Counted from the stretch's first letter, positions 41,392-52,415 are shown. The stretch is 64,000 nt of DNA from an uncultured Thermoleophilia bacterium (GCA_963702475.1 CAVPCT010000003.1:192001-256000), one strand, 5' to 3'. Program-made: numbers and translations. The notes: a model not told the origin generated them from the letters alone.

Positions 41392-42399
41392 ATGAACGGC
41401 GACAGTCCACCCGGTCCACAGTCCGGTGGCGCCGGCGACCGACGGTCGGTCGTCGGCGACGACGGCCTGCGGGCCACCATGGATGCCATGCTCGACCCGC
41501 ACGTGGTCTTCGTGGCCGTGCGGGACGACTCCGGCGCCATCATCGACTTCCGCTACGCGGACGCCAACGCCGCGGCTTGCGCGTACGACCGCCTGTCGCG
41601 CCGGGACCTCGTCGGGGGCCGGCTGTTGCAGCGTCTGCCGGGCGTGCGCCCCTCCGGGCTGTTCGCGGCGTACTGCCGTGTGGTCGAGACCGGAGAGCCG
41701 CTCGTGCTCGACGGGGTGACGTACGAGTCGGACCTGTTCGGCGACGAGCAGCTGTTCTACGACCTTCGCGGCGCCAAGGTGGGCGACGGGCTGTCTCTCA
41801 CGTGGCGCGACGTCACCGACAGGCACCTCGCGTCCGAGTCCCTGCGGGCCCAGCGCGACCTCGCCGTCGCGCTCAGCGGCGCCGGCGACCTCGCGGAGGC
41901 GCTCCAGCTCATCATGGAGGCGGCACTCGGGCTCGACGGCGTGGACGCAGGGGGCGCCTACCTGGTGGACCCCGAGAGCGGTGACCTGCGACTCGCGGCG
42001 CATGCCGGGCTCTCCCCCGGGTTCGTCGGCGAGGTGTCGCGGTTCAGCGCGGCGGCCAAGCAGGCGCGGATCGCGAAGGCAGGCGTCTCGATCTTCGCGT
42101 CACGGCGTGACCTGCTCCGTGAACCGGGCACGCGTCGCGAGGTCGAGGAGGGGTTGCGTGCTCTCGCGGCTCTCCCAGTACGCCACGAAGGCATGGTCAT
42201 CGCCGTCGTGAATCTGGCGTCGCGCTCCGCGGACGAGTTCACCCGGCAGCAGAGCAGCCTCATGGAGACGCTCGCCGCCCAGGTCGGCGGGGTCGTTGGC
42301 CGGCTGCGTGGCGAGGCGCAGCTGCGCGAGGAGCTCGCGCGGCTGCGGGCACGGGTGGCGGTCGGGGACGCGGCTGAGCCTGCGGCCGGCCGCGCGTAG
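41392..42399 (+). CDS. PAS + GAF domain protein without an output domain
   Basis: AVRD..G.I.DFRY..AN..WRDVTD (PAS); L.L.AH.GL..LPV..V..LAS (GAF). Confidence 0.75.
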   Translation: MNGDSPPGPQSGGAGDRRSVVGDDGLRATMDAMLDPHVVFVAVRDDSGAIIDFRYADANAAACAYDRLSRRDLVGGRLLQRLPGVRPSGLFAAYCRVVETGEPLVLDGVTYESDLFGDEQLFYDLRGAKVGDGLSLTWRDVTDRHLASESLRAQRDLAVALSGAGDLAEALQLIMEAALGLDGVDAGGAYLVDPESGDLRLAAHAGLSPGFVGEVSRFSAAAKQARIAKAGVSIFASRRDLLREPGTRREVEEGLRALAALPVRHEGMVIAVVNLASRSADEFTRQQSSLMETLAAQVGGVVGRLRGEAQLREELARLRARVAVGDAAEPAAGRA

Positions 42400-42529
42400 C
42401 CACGCCGGCTCGTCGCCTGACCGGAGCGGACGGCTCGGCCCGGACGACGAGAGGGCCGGCGGCGGGAGCGCGCGCAAGGACTCCCACCGCCGGCCCCACG
42501 CAGGCACGGGCCGGCGTGGTCGCCTCGGT

Positions 42530-43072
42530 TCAGAGGCGAGCGAGCTGTCGCTCGAACGCGCGCAGGTGGTTGCGGCTGGCGTTCTGCAGATTGGTGTAGA
42601 CGCGCTTGACGTCGGCGTGCGTGGTGCGGGCGATGCACGCCTGGAGGTCGTCGATGTCGAGCTTCTCGATGGTGACCCCTACCTGGAGCGCCGCCGTGAG
42701 CGAGGTGCTTCCCCGGGCCACGAGGGCGTTGTACAGCTGCTGCATCCCGGGATCGGTGAAGACGCCGGGGACGGCGGTGGCGACGGGGTCGGGTACGCTG
42801 TACGCGGTGAGCAGACGCTTCACGGCGAGGGTGTGCCTGTTCTCTGACTTCGCGATGGTGCGGAACACGCGCACCGAGGTCCCGTACCTGGCGTCGAGGA
42901 CCGTGTACACGTCGCGGGCGAGTTTCTCTTCTTCACGCATGTGCTGCAGGTCGGCCGCTTCGGTGCCGCTGAGCGTCGCGGCCGACGCGGGGGTCGCCGC
43001 GGCGACGGTGGCGCCGAAGACGGCGAACACGGTCAGCGCCATGGCGGCGAGGAGCAGTAGGGGACGCTTCAT
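42530..43072 (-). CDS. Secreted DUF2202 ferritin-like protein
   Basis: MREEEKLARDVY, SE..H, IE..DI.DL, S.NHLRAF. Confidence 0.88.
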   Translation of the reverse strand: MKRPLLLLAAMALTVFAVFGATVAAATPASAATLSGTEAADLQHMREEEKLARDVYTVLDARYGTSVRVFRTIAKSENRHTLAVKRLLTAYSVPDPVATAVPGVFTDPGMQQLYNALVARGSTSLTAALQVGVTIEKLDIDDLQACIARTTHADVKRVYTNLQNASRNHLRAFERQLARL

Positions 43073-43212
43073 GTGGATCCTCCGTGGTCGATCGGGGTGT
43101 GCATCCCTCACAACGCACACGGGGCGGCAGCGTTACACCGTCGCGTGGCCTCGCGGCACGGGTCGCGCGGCCGGCCGCCCCGGCCGACGGCGGGTCTCTT
43201 CAGCCCGACGCG

Positions 43213-43500
43213 TCAGTGCTGCGAGGAGAAGACTTCCTGGAAGACCGTGAGCCTGGTGGTCGGCGCGGTGGCGCTCGACCAGTCCAGCGCCTGTTGTGTC
43301 TCGAACGAGCCGGCGAACGCCTCGGCGTGCTCCACGGTGTCCCACTCGAGCAGCACGCACACGTTCAACGGGTCCTCCGTCGCTCGCCAGATGTGCCCGC
43401 GGAGACAGCCCATGGCCTCGCGCCGGGCCTCGTCGTCCAGGTAGACCTGCTTGAGCATGTCGAAGTCACGGATCTCGTGTTCGATGAGTACCCACGCCAT
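43213..43500 (-). CDS. Small dimeric alpha/beta-barrel-like hypothetical protein
   Basis: H.I.DF..R..G..DP..V..LEWD..A.AF; RBS present. Confidence 0.65.
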   Translation of the reverse strand: MAWVLIEHEIRDFDMLKQVYLDDEARREAMGCLRGHIWRATEDPLNVCVLLEWDTVEHAEAFAGSFETQQALDWSSATAPTTRLTVFQEVFSSQH

Positions 43501-43846
43501 CGTCGTCGCCTTTCTCCGGGAGGCCGGTCCGCCTGAGTGTATCGGCTCGACCGGTGGGCGCGCTGAGGGGCCGGGGCAGCCGGCTCAGCGCCGTTCCCCG
43601 GCCGGCTCGAGGCCGAACGGCCGACGGAGCCCGGGATTGCGGGCGGCGCAGCCTGAGATCGCGCGCGACGGACCCGAGGCCGAGCGCGCGACGGAGCGGC
43701 GCGCCGATCCATCCGGCGGCCTGGTGGCCGCCGTCCCGTCCCCGCGTCTCGACAGGACCACGCCCGGGTACGTGACGTACGTGACGGCAGGCGCGCCGTG
43801 CGAGCAGAATGGGCGCGATGCGTGTCGTGGGAGAGGGGGAGGGCGC

Positions 43847-45157
43847 GTGGGTCACTCGTCGTTCGTAGTCAAGGAGTACGGTGCGCTGGCCGACCGTCTC
43901 GGGCGCGGGCCCGTCGCCATGGCGGAACCGAAGGACCCGGCGGCCCGGCGAGCGTGGCGTGACATCATGGCGACGCTGTTCACGCCCGAAGACGCGGCCT
44001 TGGCCGCCGTCATGCCGGTTCAGCCGATAGTCCCGGAGCGGCTGTGCGGTCGCACCGGCCTGGACGCTGAGACGCTGCGTGTGCGCCTCGACGCGATGGC
44101 CGACAGGGGCCTGGTGCTCGACCTGCGGGACGCCCGCACCGGTGAGGTGACGTACATGCTGGCGCCGCCGGTCGTCGGCTTCTTCGAGTTCTCGATGATG
44201 AGGCTGGACGACGGCCTCCCCAAGGCCCGGCTGGCGCGTGCCTACGAGGCGTATGTCCACAGGGACACGTCCTTCTTCGAAGAGCTGTCTCTGGGCACGG
44301 CGGTCGGACGCGCGCTCGTCCACGAGACGGCGCTCGCCGACGACCTCGTTTCCGAGGTGCTGGACTGGGAGCGGGTCACGGCCCTGGTGGAGCAGGCCCG
44401 CACGGTGGGCCTGACGAACTGCATGTGCCGACACGGCGCCCAGCACCTGGGCACGGTCTGCGAGGCGCCGCTGGAGACGTGCATGAGCCTGGGGACCGCC
44501 GCGGAGATGCTCGTCCGTCACGGCCTGGCCCGGCAGGTCAGCACTGCAGAAGGCCTCGATGTGCTGCACGCAGCGCGGGAGCGAGGCCTCGTGCACATCG
44601 GCGACAACGTGCAACGGGACGTTACGTACATCTGCAGCTGCTGCTCGTGCTGCTGCCACGAGCTTCGTTCGGCGCAGGTCGGCCTCCCGATGGTCCAGGG
44701 GAGCGGCTTCGAGCCCGTGGTGGACCAAGACGTCTGCAGTGGCTGTGGTCGCTGCGTGAGGGTCTGTCCCGTGCAGGCGATGTCGCTCGTCGCTCGCGGC
44801 CCCGCATCGCGCGATGCGGACGGAGACGGGTCCCGGCGGCGCCTTCTGGGCAGGATCGACCCGGGCCGCTGCCTGGGCTGTGCCGTGTGCGTGGGGTCGT
44901 GTCGCGACGGGGCGCTGGCGATGAGGCGGCGGACGGCGCCACCGCACGTGCCCGTGAACGCGATAGAGGTCGTCACGCGCCGCATGATCGAGCGCGGCCG
45001 GCTTGCTGATCTGCTGGTCGACGGGGCCGCGGGCAGGGGGCCCAGGTTCGTCCAGGGTGTGCTGGCCGCGGTGCTCGCTCTCCCGCCGGCCGAGCGCGTG
45101 CTGGCGCGCGAGCAGGTACGGTCGCGCTTCGTCGACTTCGTCCTCGCGCGACGATAG
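43847..45157 (+). CDS. 4Fe-4S binding protein with N-terminal HTH-like region
   Basis: CMCR, ICSCCSCCC, CSGCGRCVRVCP, CLGCAVCVGSC. Confidence 0.85.
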   Translation: MGHSSFVVKEYGALADRLGRGPVAMAEPKDPAARRAWRDIMATLFTPEDAALAAVMPVQPIVPERLCGRTGLDAETLRVRLDAMADRGLVLDLRDARTGEVTYMLAPPVVGFFEFSMMRLDDGLPKARLARAYEAYVHRDTSFFEELSLGTAVGRALVHETALADDLVSEVLDWERVTALVEQARTVGLTNCMCRHGAQHLGTVCEAPLETCMSLGTAAEMLVRHGLARQVSTAEGLDVLHAARERGLVHIGDNVQRDVTYICSCCSCCCHELRSAQVGLPMVQGSGFEPVVDQDVCSGCGRCVRVCPVQAMSLVARGPASRDADGDGSRRRLLGRIDPGRCLGCAVCVGSCRDGALAMRRRTAPPHVPVNAIEVVTRRMIERGRLADLLVDGAAGRGPRFVQGVLAAVLALPPAERVLAREQVRSRFVDFVLARR

Positions 45158-45178
45158 CCGGTCTGCGAGCGTCGCACC

Positions 45179-45766
45179 GTGACCGCGGCCTCGGACGAGA
45201 GCTTCGAGCAGAAGCTCCGCCGCGTTCTGGCGGAGCGCATCGAGATCGTCGAGTACGACCCGTCCTGGCCGGAGGTGTTCGCGGCCGAGGCCGCGCGGCT
45301 CCGGCCCTTTTTTCCGCCGGGCTGCATCCGGCGCCTCGAGCACATCGGCAGTACCGCCGTCCCCGGCCTGGCCGCCAAACCGGTGGTCGACATCTTGGTA
45401 GGGGTCGAGGACGTCGAGCCGGTGCGGAGCGAGGTGGCCCCTCGCATGGAGGCGGCCGGGTACGACTACTTCTGGCGGCCGACCAGCGGGGACGACGGCG
45501 GCCCGTTCTACCCGTGGTTCATCGGCAGGGACGTCGCCGGCCGGCGAGTCTCGCACATCCACGTGGTGACCCTGGACAACGCCGAGCAGTGGGACCGGGT
45601 CGCCTTTCGCGACCATCTCCGGGCGCATCCGGCCGTCGCCGCCGAGTACGCCGCGCTCAAACGCGAGCTGGCCTCGCGCCACGGCGGTGATCGCGAGGCG
45701 TACACGCAGGCGAAGACGGCATTCATCCTGCGCGTTACCGCGCTGGCCGTGCGGGAGGCGTCGTGA
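45179..45766 (+). CDS. GrpB-family (UPF0157) protein
   Basis: YDPSWP, EHIGSTAVPGLAAKPVVDI, FRDHLR, Y..AK. Confidence 0.92.
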   Translation: MTAASDESFEQKLRRVLAERIEIVEYDPSWPEVFAAEAARLRPFFPPGCIRRLEHIGSTAVPGLAAKPVVDILVGVEDVEPVRSEVAPRMEAAGYDYFWRPTSGDDGGPFYPWFIGRDVAGRRVSHIHVVTLDNAEQWDRVAFRDHLRAHPAVAAEYAALKRELASRHGGDREAYTQAKTAFILRVTALAVREAS

Positions 45767-45805
45767 CGACACGCTTGGCGCCCCTGAAGACCCGAGAAAC
45801 AAGAA

Positions 45806-45853
45806 TGGTGCCCCCAACGGAATTCGAATCCGTGCCGCCGGCTTGAAAGGCCG
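45806..45853 (-). mobile_element. 3' half of tRNA-Glu(TTC); att-like boundary of an integrative element
   Basis: Minus strand reads CGGC-CTTTCAA-GCCG-GCGGC-ACGGA-TTCGAAT-TCCGT-TGGGGGC-A-CCA (anticodon arm, T arm, acceptor 3' strand, CCA). There is no D arm or 5' GCCCCCA upstream. Confidence 0.85.
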
Positions 45854-46262
45854 CACCTGCATGCCTCAGCGGCTGTCTCTGGCTGCGCTTTCGAGGCTGA
45901 GACTTAGGGACTGAGGGGCGTCGGCAGCGCCGATTGACGCCCGTTTGTCCATCGTTATCAGCGTCTGTGGCAACACGGAGGGCAACAGCTCAAGGAGCTA
46001 CTGGGATGACCGCTGGACGGGGTCAACGGACTCTGGGCTCTATGGTCCCTGTCGATAGGGTCGCACCCAACGGTGAGCAGGCTTGGCTGTCGGCCACCGC
46101 TGGTCTAGCATGGCGCCCCAGCTGCTCCCTCAGATGCCCACCGGCTGCGTCGCCCGTGTGGTCCTCTCTGTCGGTAACATCAAGGAGTGTCGTTGTCAGT
46201 ATCGTTCACGGGTCTCGCGTCAACTCGAGTCGAGAAGACCTGCGACGGGCGAGAGCGCTAGC

Positions 46263-46675
46263 ATGACGCCCGCATCCAAGAGCAGTCCATGCGTCCCTCA
46301 GGGCTGCGCCTCAGGACCCCATGACTCAGGCCTCCCCAGTGAGAGTCTCGACCGGGTCGCGCGCGTCGCACAAGCTCTCTCGGACCCCATCCGCCTGCGG
46401 ATGCTCGATCTCATGACGCGAGGCAGGGGCGACTGCGCGATGCCCGGGGCCTGTGTCCGTGGAATGCCCGGACCAGATATGCCGCTGGGCCTCTGCGTCT
46501 GCGAGTTCCAGGCGCAGTTGGGACTCGCCCAGTCGAGGGTCTCCTCCATGCACGGATACTCCGCGATGCAGGCCTGATCCTCAGCGAGACGCGCGGGAAG
46601 TGGAGTTTCTACACCGTCGATCGCGTGGCCGTCGACGAAGCCCTGTCGGCTTTTCGGGCGCTGTTCGACGTCTGA
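46263..46675 (+). CDS. arsR: ArsR/SmtB regulator with Cys-rich insert (frameshift near 46545)
   Basis: ALSDPIRLRML..LCVCEF..QSRVS, then HARILRDAGLI..RGKWSFY in a shifted frame. Confidence 0.82.
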
Positions 46676-46994
46676 TCGAGTGCGCAGCGCCTTCGCTTGG
46701 CGCTGTCTTCCCCCGGCACTGCCGTAGCCCGAAGGTCACCGGCCATCCGCATCTGCGGTAGCCGGCAGCACACCTCGTACTACTCAGCTGGTGCAATTGG
46801 CGCCCGAATCCGACAATGTGTATCGCTTCACTTGCCCCATCCCATTTTCTTGCTGTATCGTCCCCGGCCATGGCGGCATCGGCTCGCTTGCTGGCGTCCA
46901 CTGACTGAGCGTTGCGACGGGACCGGCACGTCTGCTCACTCGTGCGCTGGCCTAATGAGGGGCCTCTGGGCCGGCCCGGGGGGGAAGGGAGAGC

Positions 46995-47898
46995 AGTGGA
47001 AGGAGTTCCAGGAGCAACGAGAGCACCCGGCGCGAGTTCCTGAAGAACGCCGGTGATCGCGGGGGCGTCAGCGGTCGCGCTGACGATCGGCGGCTCGCTC
47101 ACCGATGGGACGCCTGTGGCGGCAGCCATCACGGGCACACCCAGAAACGACACGGTCCGCATGGTGCAGGACCTCCAGCGCGCACTCACCCGCCCCGTCG
47201 GGTCACGCCGCTGGGGGATGGTCATCGACCCACGGCGCTGCATCGGCTGTCACGCCTGCACCGTGGCCTGCATCGCGCAGAACGGGTTGCCGGTGGGCGT
47301 CACCTATCGCACCGTCCCCGAGGTCGAGTCCGGCTCGTACCCAGCGGTCGAGCGCTTCTTCATGCCGGCCAACTGCATGCAGTGCGAGAAAGCCCCGTGC
47401 ATCAAGGCGGCGAACACCATCGTCAAGGGCTCCATGGCTCGCCGCCCGGACGGCATCGTGATCATCGATTACTCCCGCATGAAGGGCAAGAAGGTGTTCA
47501 AGGCGGCCGACAAGGCGTGCCCCTACGACAACGCCCTCTACTACGACGCAGGCCGCAGCTGGACAAGCGGCACGCCTGCCCTGCAGCCCTACGACAAGCG
47601 CGGCTCCCACGAATACGGCAAGACCTGGTCGAGGGCCAAGACCAAGGGCGCGACGCGCAAGTGCCACTTCTGCACGGAGCGCATCGACGCGGGCCTGCTG
47701 CCCGCGTGCGTGGCGACGTGCACAGGGCAGGCCATGCACTTCGGCGACCTGAGTGATTCGCAGAGCCTCGTGGCCGAGCTCGTGGCCGCCAGGACGACCC
47801 TGATCATCGAGAAGGGCGCGAGCACGGCGCCGCGCGTGATCTACGTCGACGATCCGTTGGAGGGGTCCGCCATGACCTGCTCCACGTGTCACGGCTGA
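46995..47898 (+). CDS. TtrB/DmsB-like Fe-S subunit with Tat signal (frameshifted 5' end, start uncertain) and terminal CXXCH
   Basis: STRREFLK near 47025; WGMVID..CIGCHACTVAC, CMQCEKAPC, ACPY, KCHFC..PACVATC, ending CSTCHG. Confidence 0.82.
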
Positions 47899-47909
47899 GA
47901 GGAGGACCG

Positions 47910-50900
47910 ATGCAGAACGACGATTCCCTGGACCTCCTCGAGACGGGCGTGTCCACGAGCGAGGCGCTGAGCGAGTCCACGAGCAAGCCCGCCGGCAAGT
48001 CCCGGCGTGAGTTCCTGTGCGCCGGCGGGCTCGTGATGGGTGCTGCCTTCCTCGGCAGTCGCTTCCTCACGGCCTCGCAGGCCGTGGCCGGTGAGGCGGG
48101 TGCGAACGTGACGCAGGCCGGCACGACCGCAGGCAACCCCATCCACACGGTGTGCCTGCAGTGCAACACCGGCTGCGGCATCAAGGTCACCGTGGACAAG
48201 GGCGTCGCGACCAAGATCGAGGGCAACCCGTACAGCCCCTGGACTATGGTCCCCGCGCTGCCCTACGCGACGCCGCTGGCTGAGGCCCTCCCCATCCAGG
48301 GCGCCCTCTGCCCCAAGGGGCAGGCCGGCCTCGAGACCGCGTATGACCCGTACCGCATCGTCAAGGTGCTCAAGCGCGCCGGCAAGCGCGGCGAGAACAA
48401 GTGGATCACGTCCCCTCGACCAGGCCGTGACGGAGGTCGTCGAGGGCGGCAGGCTGTTCACGTCCGTGCAGGGCGAGGAGCAGCGCCAGGTCACGGGTCT
48501 CCGTGGAGATCTGGGCACTGCGTGACAAGAAGGTGGCCTCGGACATGTCCGCCGCCGTGGACGCTATCCGCGCCAAGAAGCCGGAGGAGCGCGCCGCGGC
48601 CATCGCCGAGTTCAAGACGAAGTTCGCCGCCGACCTCGACAAGCTCATCGACCCGGACCACCCGGACTTCGGCCCCAAGAACAACCAGCTCGTCTTCGCC
48701 TGGGGTCGCCTGAAAGCCGGGCGCTCGGAACTCATCAAGCGCTTCGTGCAGGAGTCATTCGGCTCGACCAACGCCCACGGCCACACGACCGTCTGCCAGG
48801 GCTCGCTCTACTTCACCGGCATGGCGATGAGCGACCAGTTCACCGAGGGCAAGTTCACCGGCGGCTCCAAGGCCTACTGGCAGGCCGACACGAGCGACGT
48901 TGAGTTCCTGCTCGCCATCGGCTCCGCGTACCTGGAGGGCGGCTACGGGCCCTCGCATCACGCCCGTAAGCTGATGAAGAACCTCGTCGACGGCAAGCTT
49001 AAGATCGCCGTCGTCGACCCGAGGTTCTCGAAGATCGCCTCGAAGGCGGGAAGTGGGTGCCCATCAAGCCCGGCGCCGACGCGGCCCTGGCGCTCGGCGT
49101 GATCCGCTGGATCCTCGAGAACGACAAGCACGACAAGAAGTTCCTCGGTGCCGCGAACAAGGCCGCCGCGACCGCCGCGGGCGAGGGCTCCTACACCAAC
49201 GCCGCCTGGCTCGTGAAGGACGACGGCAAGTTCCTGCGCGCCTCGAGATGGCCTGGCGGAGAAGGAGACCCGCGCGACCGCCGCCGGCGGCACCTGGGTC
49301 TTCGATACGTTCGTCGCCGTCAAGGATGGTGCTCCCGTCGCCCTCGACCCCAACGACACCAGCAAGGCGGTCGTGGGCGACCCGCTCTACAGCGGCACGA
49401 TCGGCGGCAAGAACGTGAAGACCGTGCTGCAGACGGTGCTGGACACGGCCAAGCAGAAGACCATCGAAGAGTGGGCGGCCGTCTGCGGCATCGTAGCCGG
49501 CGACATCGTCGAGCTCGCCCAGGAGTTCACCTCCCACGGCAAGAAGGCCGTCGCCGACCTACACCGCGGCGTCGCGCAGCACACCAACGGCTTCTACAAC
49601 GTGCTCGCCGTGTACACACTGAACACGCTGGTCGGCAACTGGGACCACCCGGCGGGCTCCTCAAGCTCACCACCTACACGTCGACGGCTCGAAGGACAAC
49701 CAGCCCTTCGCACTCGGTAAGCTGCACTCTGGCCGCAAGCCGTTCGGCCTCAGCATCATCCGTCACAACACCAAGTACGAGGACAGCACGATCTTCGCGG
49801 GCTACCCCGCCAAACGCAACTGGTACCCCTTCGCCAGCGACGTCTACGAGGAGATCGTCCCCTCCATCGGCGACGCCTATCCCTACCCGGTGAAGGCGCT
49901 GATCACGTACATGGCCGCGGCCCCGTACTCGCTGCCGGGCGGCCAGACCAACATCGAGTCCTCTCCGACGTCGAGAAGCTGCCGCTGTACATCGCCAACG
50001 ACACCAGCATCGGCGAGATGTCGATGTACGCGGACTACATCTTCCCCGACGTCTCGTACCTGGAGCGCTGGGAGTTCCACGGCAGTCACCCCTCCATCGG
50101 GGAGAAGGTGCAGCCGGTCCGCAATCCCGTCATCGCGCCGCTCACGGACGACGTGGCCGTCTACGGCGAGCAGCAGCCGAGCTCCCTCGAGGCGATGCTG
50201 CTCGGCTTCGCCGAGAAGCTGGCCTCCCGGGCTTCGGCCCGGACGGCTTCGGCACCGGTCTCGCCCTCACGCGCGGCGACGACTTCTATCTGCGCATGGT
50301 CGCCAACCTGGCGGCCGGCGACAAGACCGGTGAGGAGGCGCCCGACGCGGATGACGCCGAGCTCGCCATGTTCCTGGACGCGCGCAAGCACCTGCCCGCC
50401 ACCGTCTTCGACGCGGCGCGCTGGCAGAAGATCGTCGGCGACACGTACTGGCGCAAGGTCGTCTACGTGCTCAACCGCGGCGGCCGCTTCCAGGACGTCG
50501 AGAAGGCGTACACCGGCGACGTCTTCAACAACAAGTACGGCAAGCTGGTCAACATGTACATCGAGAAGGCCGTGAGCACGAAGTCCGCGATCACGGGCAA
50601 GGCGTTCCTGCCAACGGCCTCGTACCTGCCCATCAGGAACGTACAGGACCAGGTCGTGGACGACTCGGCCGAGGGCTACGATCTGTCGCTCATCACCTTC
50701 CGCGACATCCTCATGACCAAGAGCCGGACGATCGTCGACTACTGGCTCACCGCGATCCTGCCCGAGAACTCTATCGTCCTCGGCGCGCAGGACGCCTCGC
50801 GCCTCGGCCTCAAGACGGGCGACAGCGTGCGCGTGACCTCCAAGTCGAACCCGACCGGGGAGTGGGACCTGGGCGCCGCCGGCACCAAGCCCATGGTCGG

Positions 50901-51156
50901 CAAGGTGAAGGTCGTGCAGGGCATGCGGCCCGGCATCGTCGGCTTCTGCCTCGGCTACGGCCACTGGGCCAATGGCGCCGGCAACGTGACGGTCAACGGC
51001 AGGCTCGTCAAGGGCGACAAGCGTCGCGCCACGGGCGTGCACGCCAATGCCGCCATGCGCCTCGACGACTACCTCAAGAACACCTGCATGCTGGACCCGG
51101 TGGGGGGCAGCGTCTCCTTCTACGACACCAAGGTGAAGCTCGTGAAGCAGAGCTGA
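47910..51156 (+). CDS. TtrA-clade molybdopterin oxidoreductase catalytic subunit (about 9 frameshifts)
   Basis: Tat SRREFL; [19 protein letters not shown]; DPYR..LKR.GKRGE.KW; EVVEGG.LF; [16 protein letters not shown]; GHTTVC; YLERW; GYGHW. Confidence 0.88.
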
Positions 51157-51178
51157 CGACCAGCTCTGCCGAAGAAGT

Positions 51179-51259
51179 GCGGGGGACGGCGCCACCGTCG
51201 CCGTCCCCCGCCACTCAGACGACCTGTCGCCGGTTTGCGGATTCCGGTGGCAGGTCGTC
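51179..51259. terminator. Two tandem hairpins between convergent operons
   Basis: GCGGGGGACGGCG/CGCCGTCCCCCGC and GACGACCTGTCGCCGG/CCGGTGGCAGGTCGTC. Confidence 0.65.
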
Positions 51260-51268
51260 GCACTCCGC

Positions 51269-51964
51269 CTACTTGACGAGCAGGTAGACCCCGGCGAGCA
51301 CGACGAGGGCCCCGCAGGCACGGCGCACCCAGCGCGTGACGCCCGAGCGACCGCCCCATGAGACGACCGTCTGGGCCCTCTGGGCGGCTGTGCCCGCCGC
51401 GACGATGACGCCGCAGTGACCGAGGGCGAACGCCCCGAGAAGGGCGACGGCGAGCCCGTAGTCTATCTCGGGCCTGCCCGAAGACGATCATTAGCAGCGG
51501 CGCCAAGAAGGCGAAGGAGCAGGGGCCGAGCCCGACACCGAACACGAGGCCCAGCCCCAGCGCGGCCGGCATGCCGCGGCGGTGGGTCGTCGATGGGAAC
51601 GACGTCCAGCGGAGCGGCAGCAGGTCCATGAGGTAGAGGCCGAAGACGAAGAAGACCACGGCCACGGCGACGTTTCCGACTGGCGCCGAGGTCGCCGACC
51701 AGGCGGCCCAGCGAGGCGGTGATCAGGCCGATCAGCGCGATCGAGGCCAGGACGCCGAGCGAGAAGACGAGTGACAGCCTGAAGGCGCGCCTGGTCGAGG
51801 CGTCTTCCTGCGTGGAGATGAAGCCGACGATCGAGGGGCACACTGGCCAGGTGGCACGGGCTGAAGACGATGCTGACGACGCCCCAGGCAAAGGCCGCGA
51901 GCAGGGCCCAGCCGAGCGACTCGCTGAGGCCGTTGCTCAGGCTGGTGAGGACCTGCTCGAGCAT
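51269..51964 (-). CDS. ccdA: CcdA/DsbD-family thiol transporter (several frameshifts)
   Basis: FSPCHLASVP and LGPCSFAF motifs in different frames. Confidence 0.8.
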
Positions 51965-51973
51965 GGCTCGACG

Positions 51974-52415
51974 CTACTGCGTCGTGACCTTCTCGAGGCC
52001 GTGCTCGATGAGCAGCGCCTCGATCGTCTCCTGAGGATAGAAGCCGGTGTGCCGGTGGAACTCGGCGCCCTTTTCGTCGAGGAAGACCTGGGTGGGGATA
52101 TACTGGATGCCGTATGCCGCGCCGGTGCGTCGTCTTCCCAGACGTCGTAGAAGACGACCTCACCTGGTCGCCGAAGGTCTGCTGCGATGCCGTCCATGAC
52201 CGGGCGCATCTCCTTGCAGGGGATGCACGTGTCGGAGCCGAGTTCGACGAACGTCACCTTCGCTGTGGCGCTCGGGCGCCGGGTGCGGCGAGGGTACGGC
52301 GGAGGAGCCGGCTGCGCCCGCGCTCCGCCGCACCCCGTGAGCGCGACGACGCCGAGCCAGGAGACAGTGCAGCGCAAGAGGACGAAGCAGGCCGCGTGCG
52401 CGCCGCGCGAGTCAT
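51974..52415 (-). CDS. Exported thioredoxin-like lipoprotein (frameshifted)
   Basis: LTGC lipobox, ELGSDTCIPCKEM, FYDVW, PTQVF..RHTGF. Confidence 0.75.

Noticed and set aside
45806-45885. Intact tRNA-Glu gene
   Set aside because: The 5' acceptor strand and D arm are absent, so it is reported as an att-like fragment.
47910-51156. Calling the molybdoenzyme ArrA, ArxA or AioA
   Set aside because: Its sequence signatures ([29 protein letters not shown]) are TtrA-clade and there is no Rieske partner. The substrate is unproven, so no gene symbol is given.
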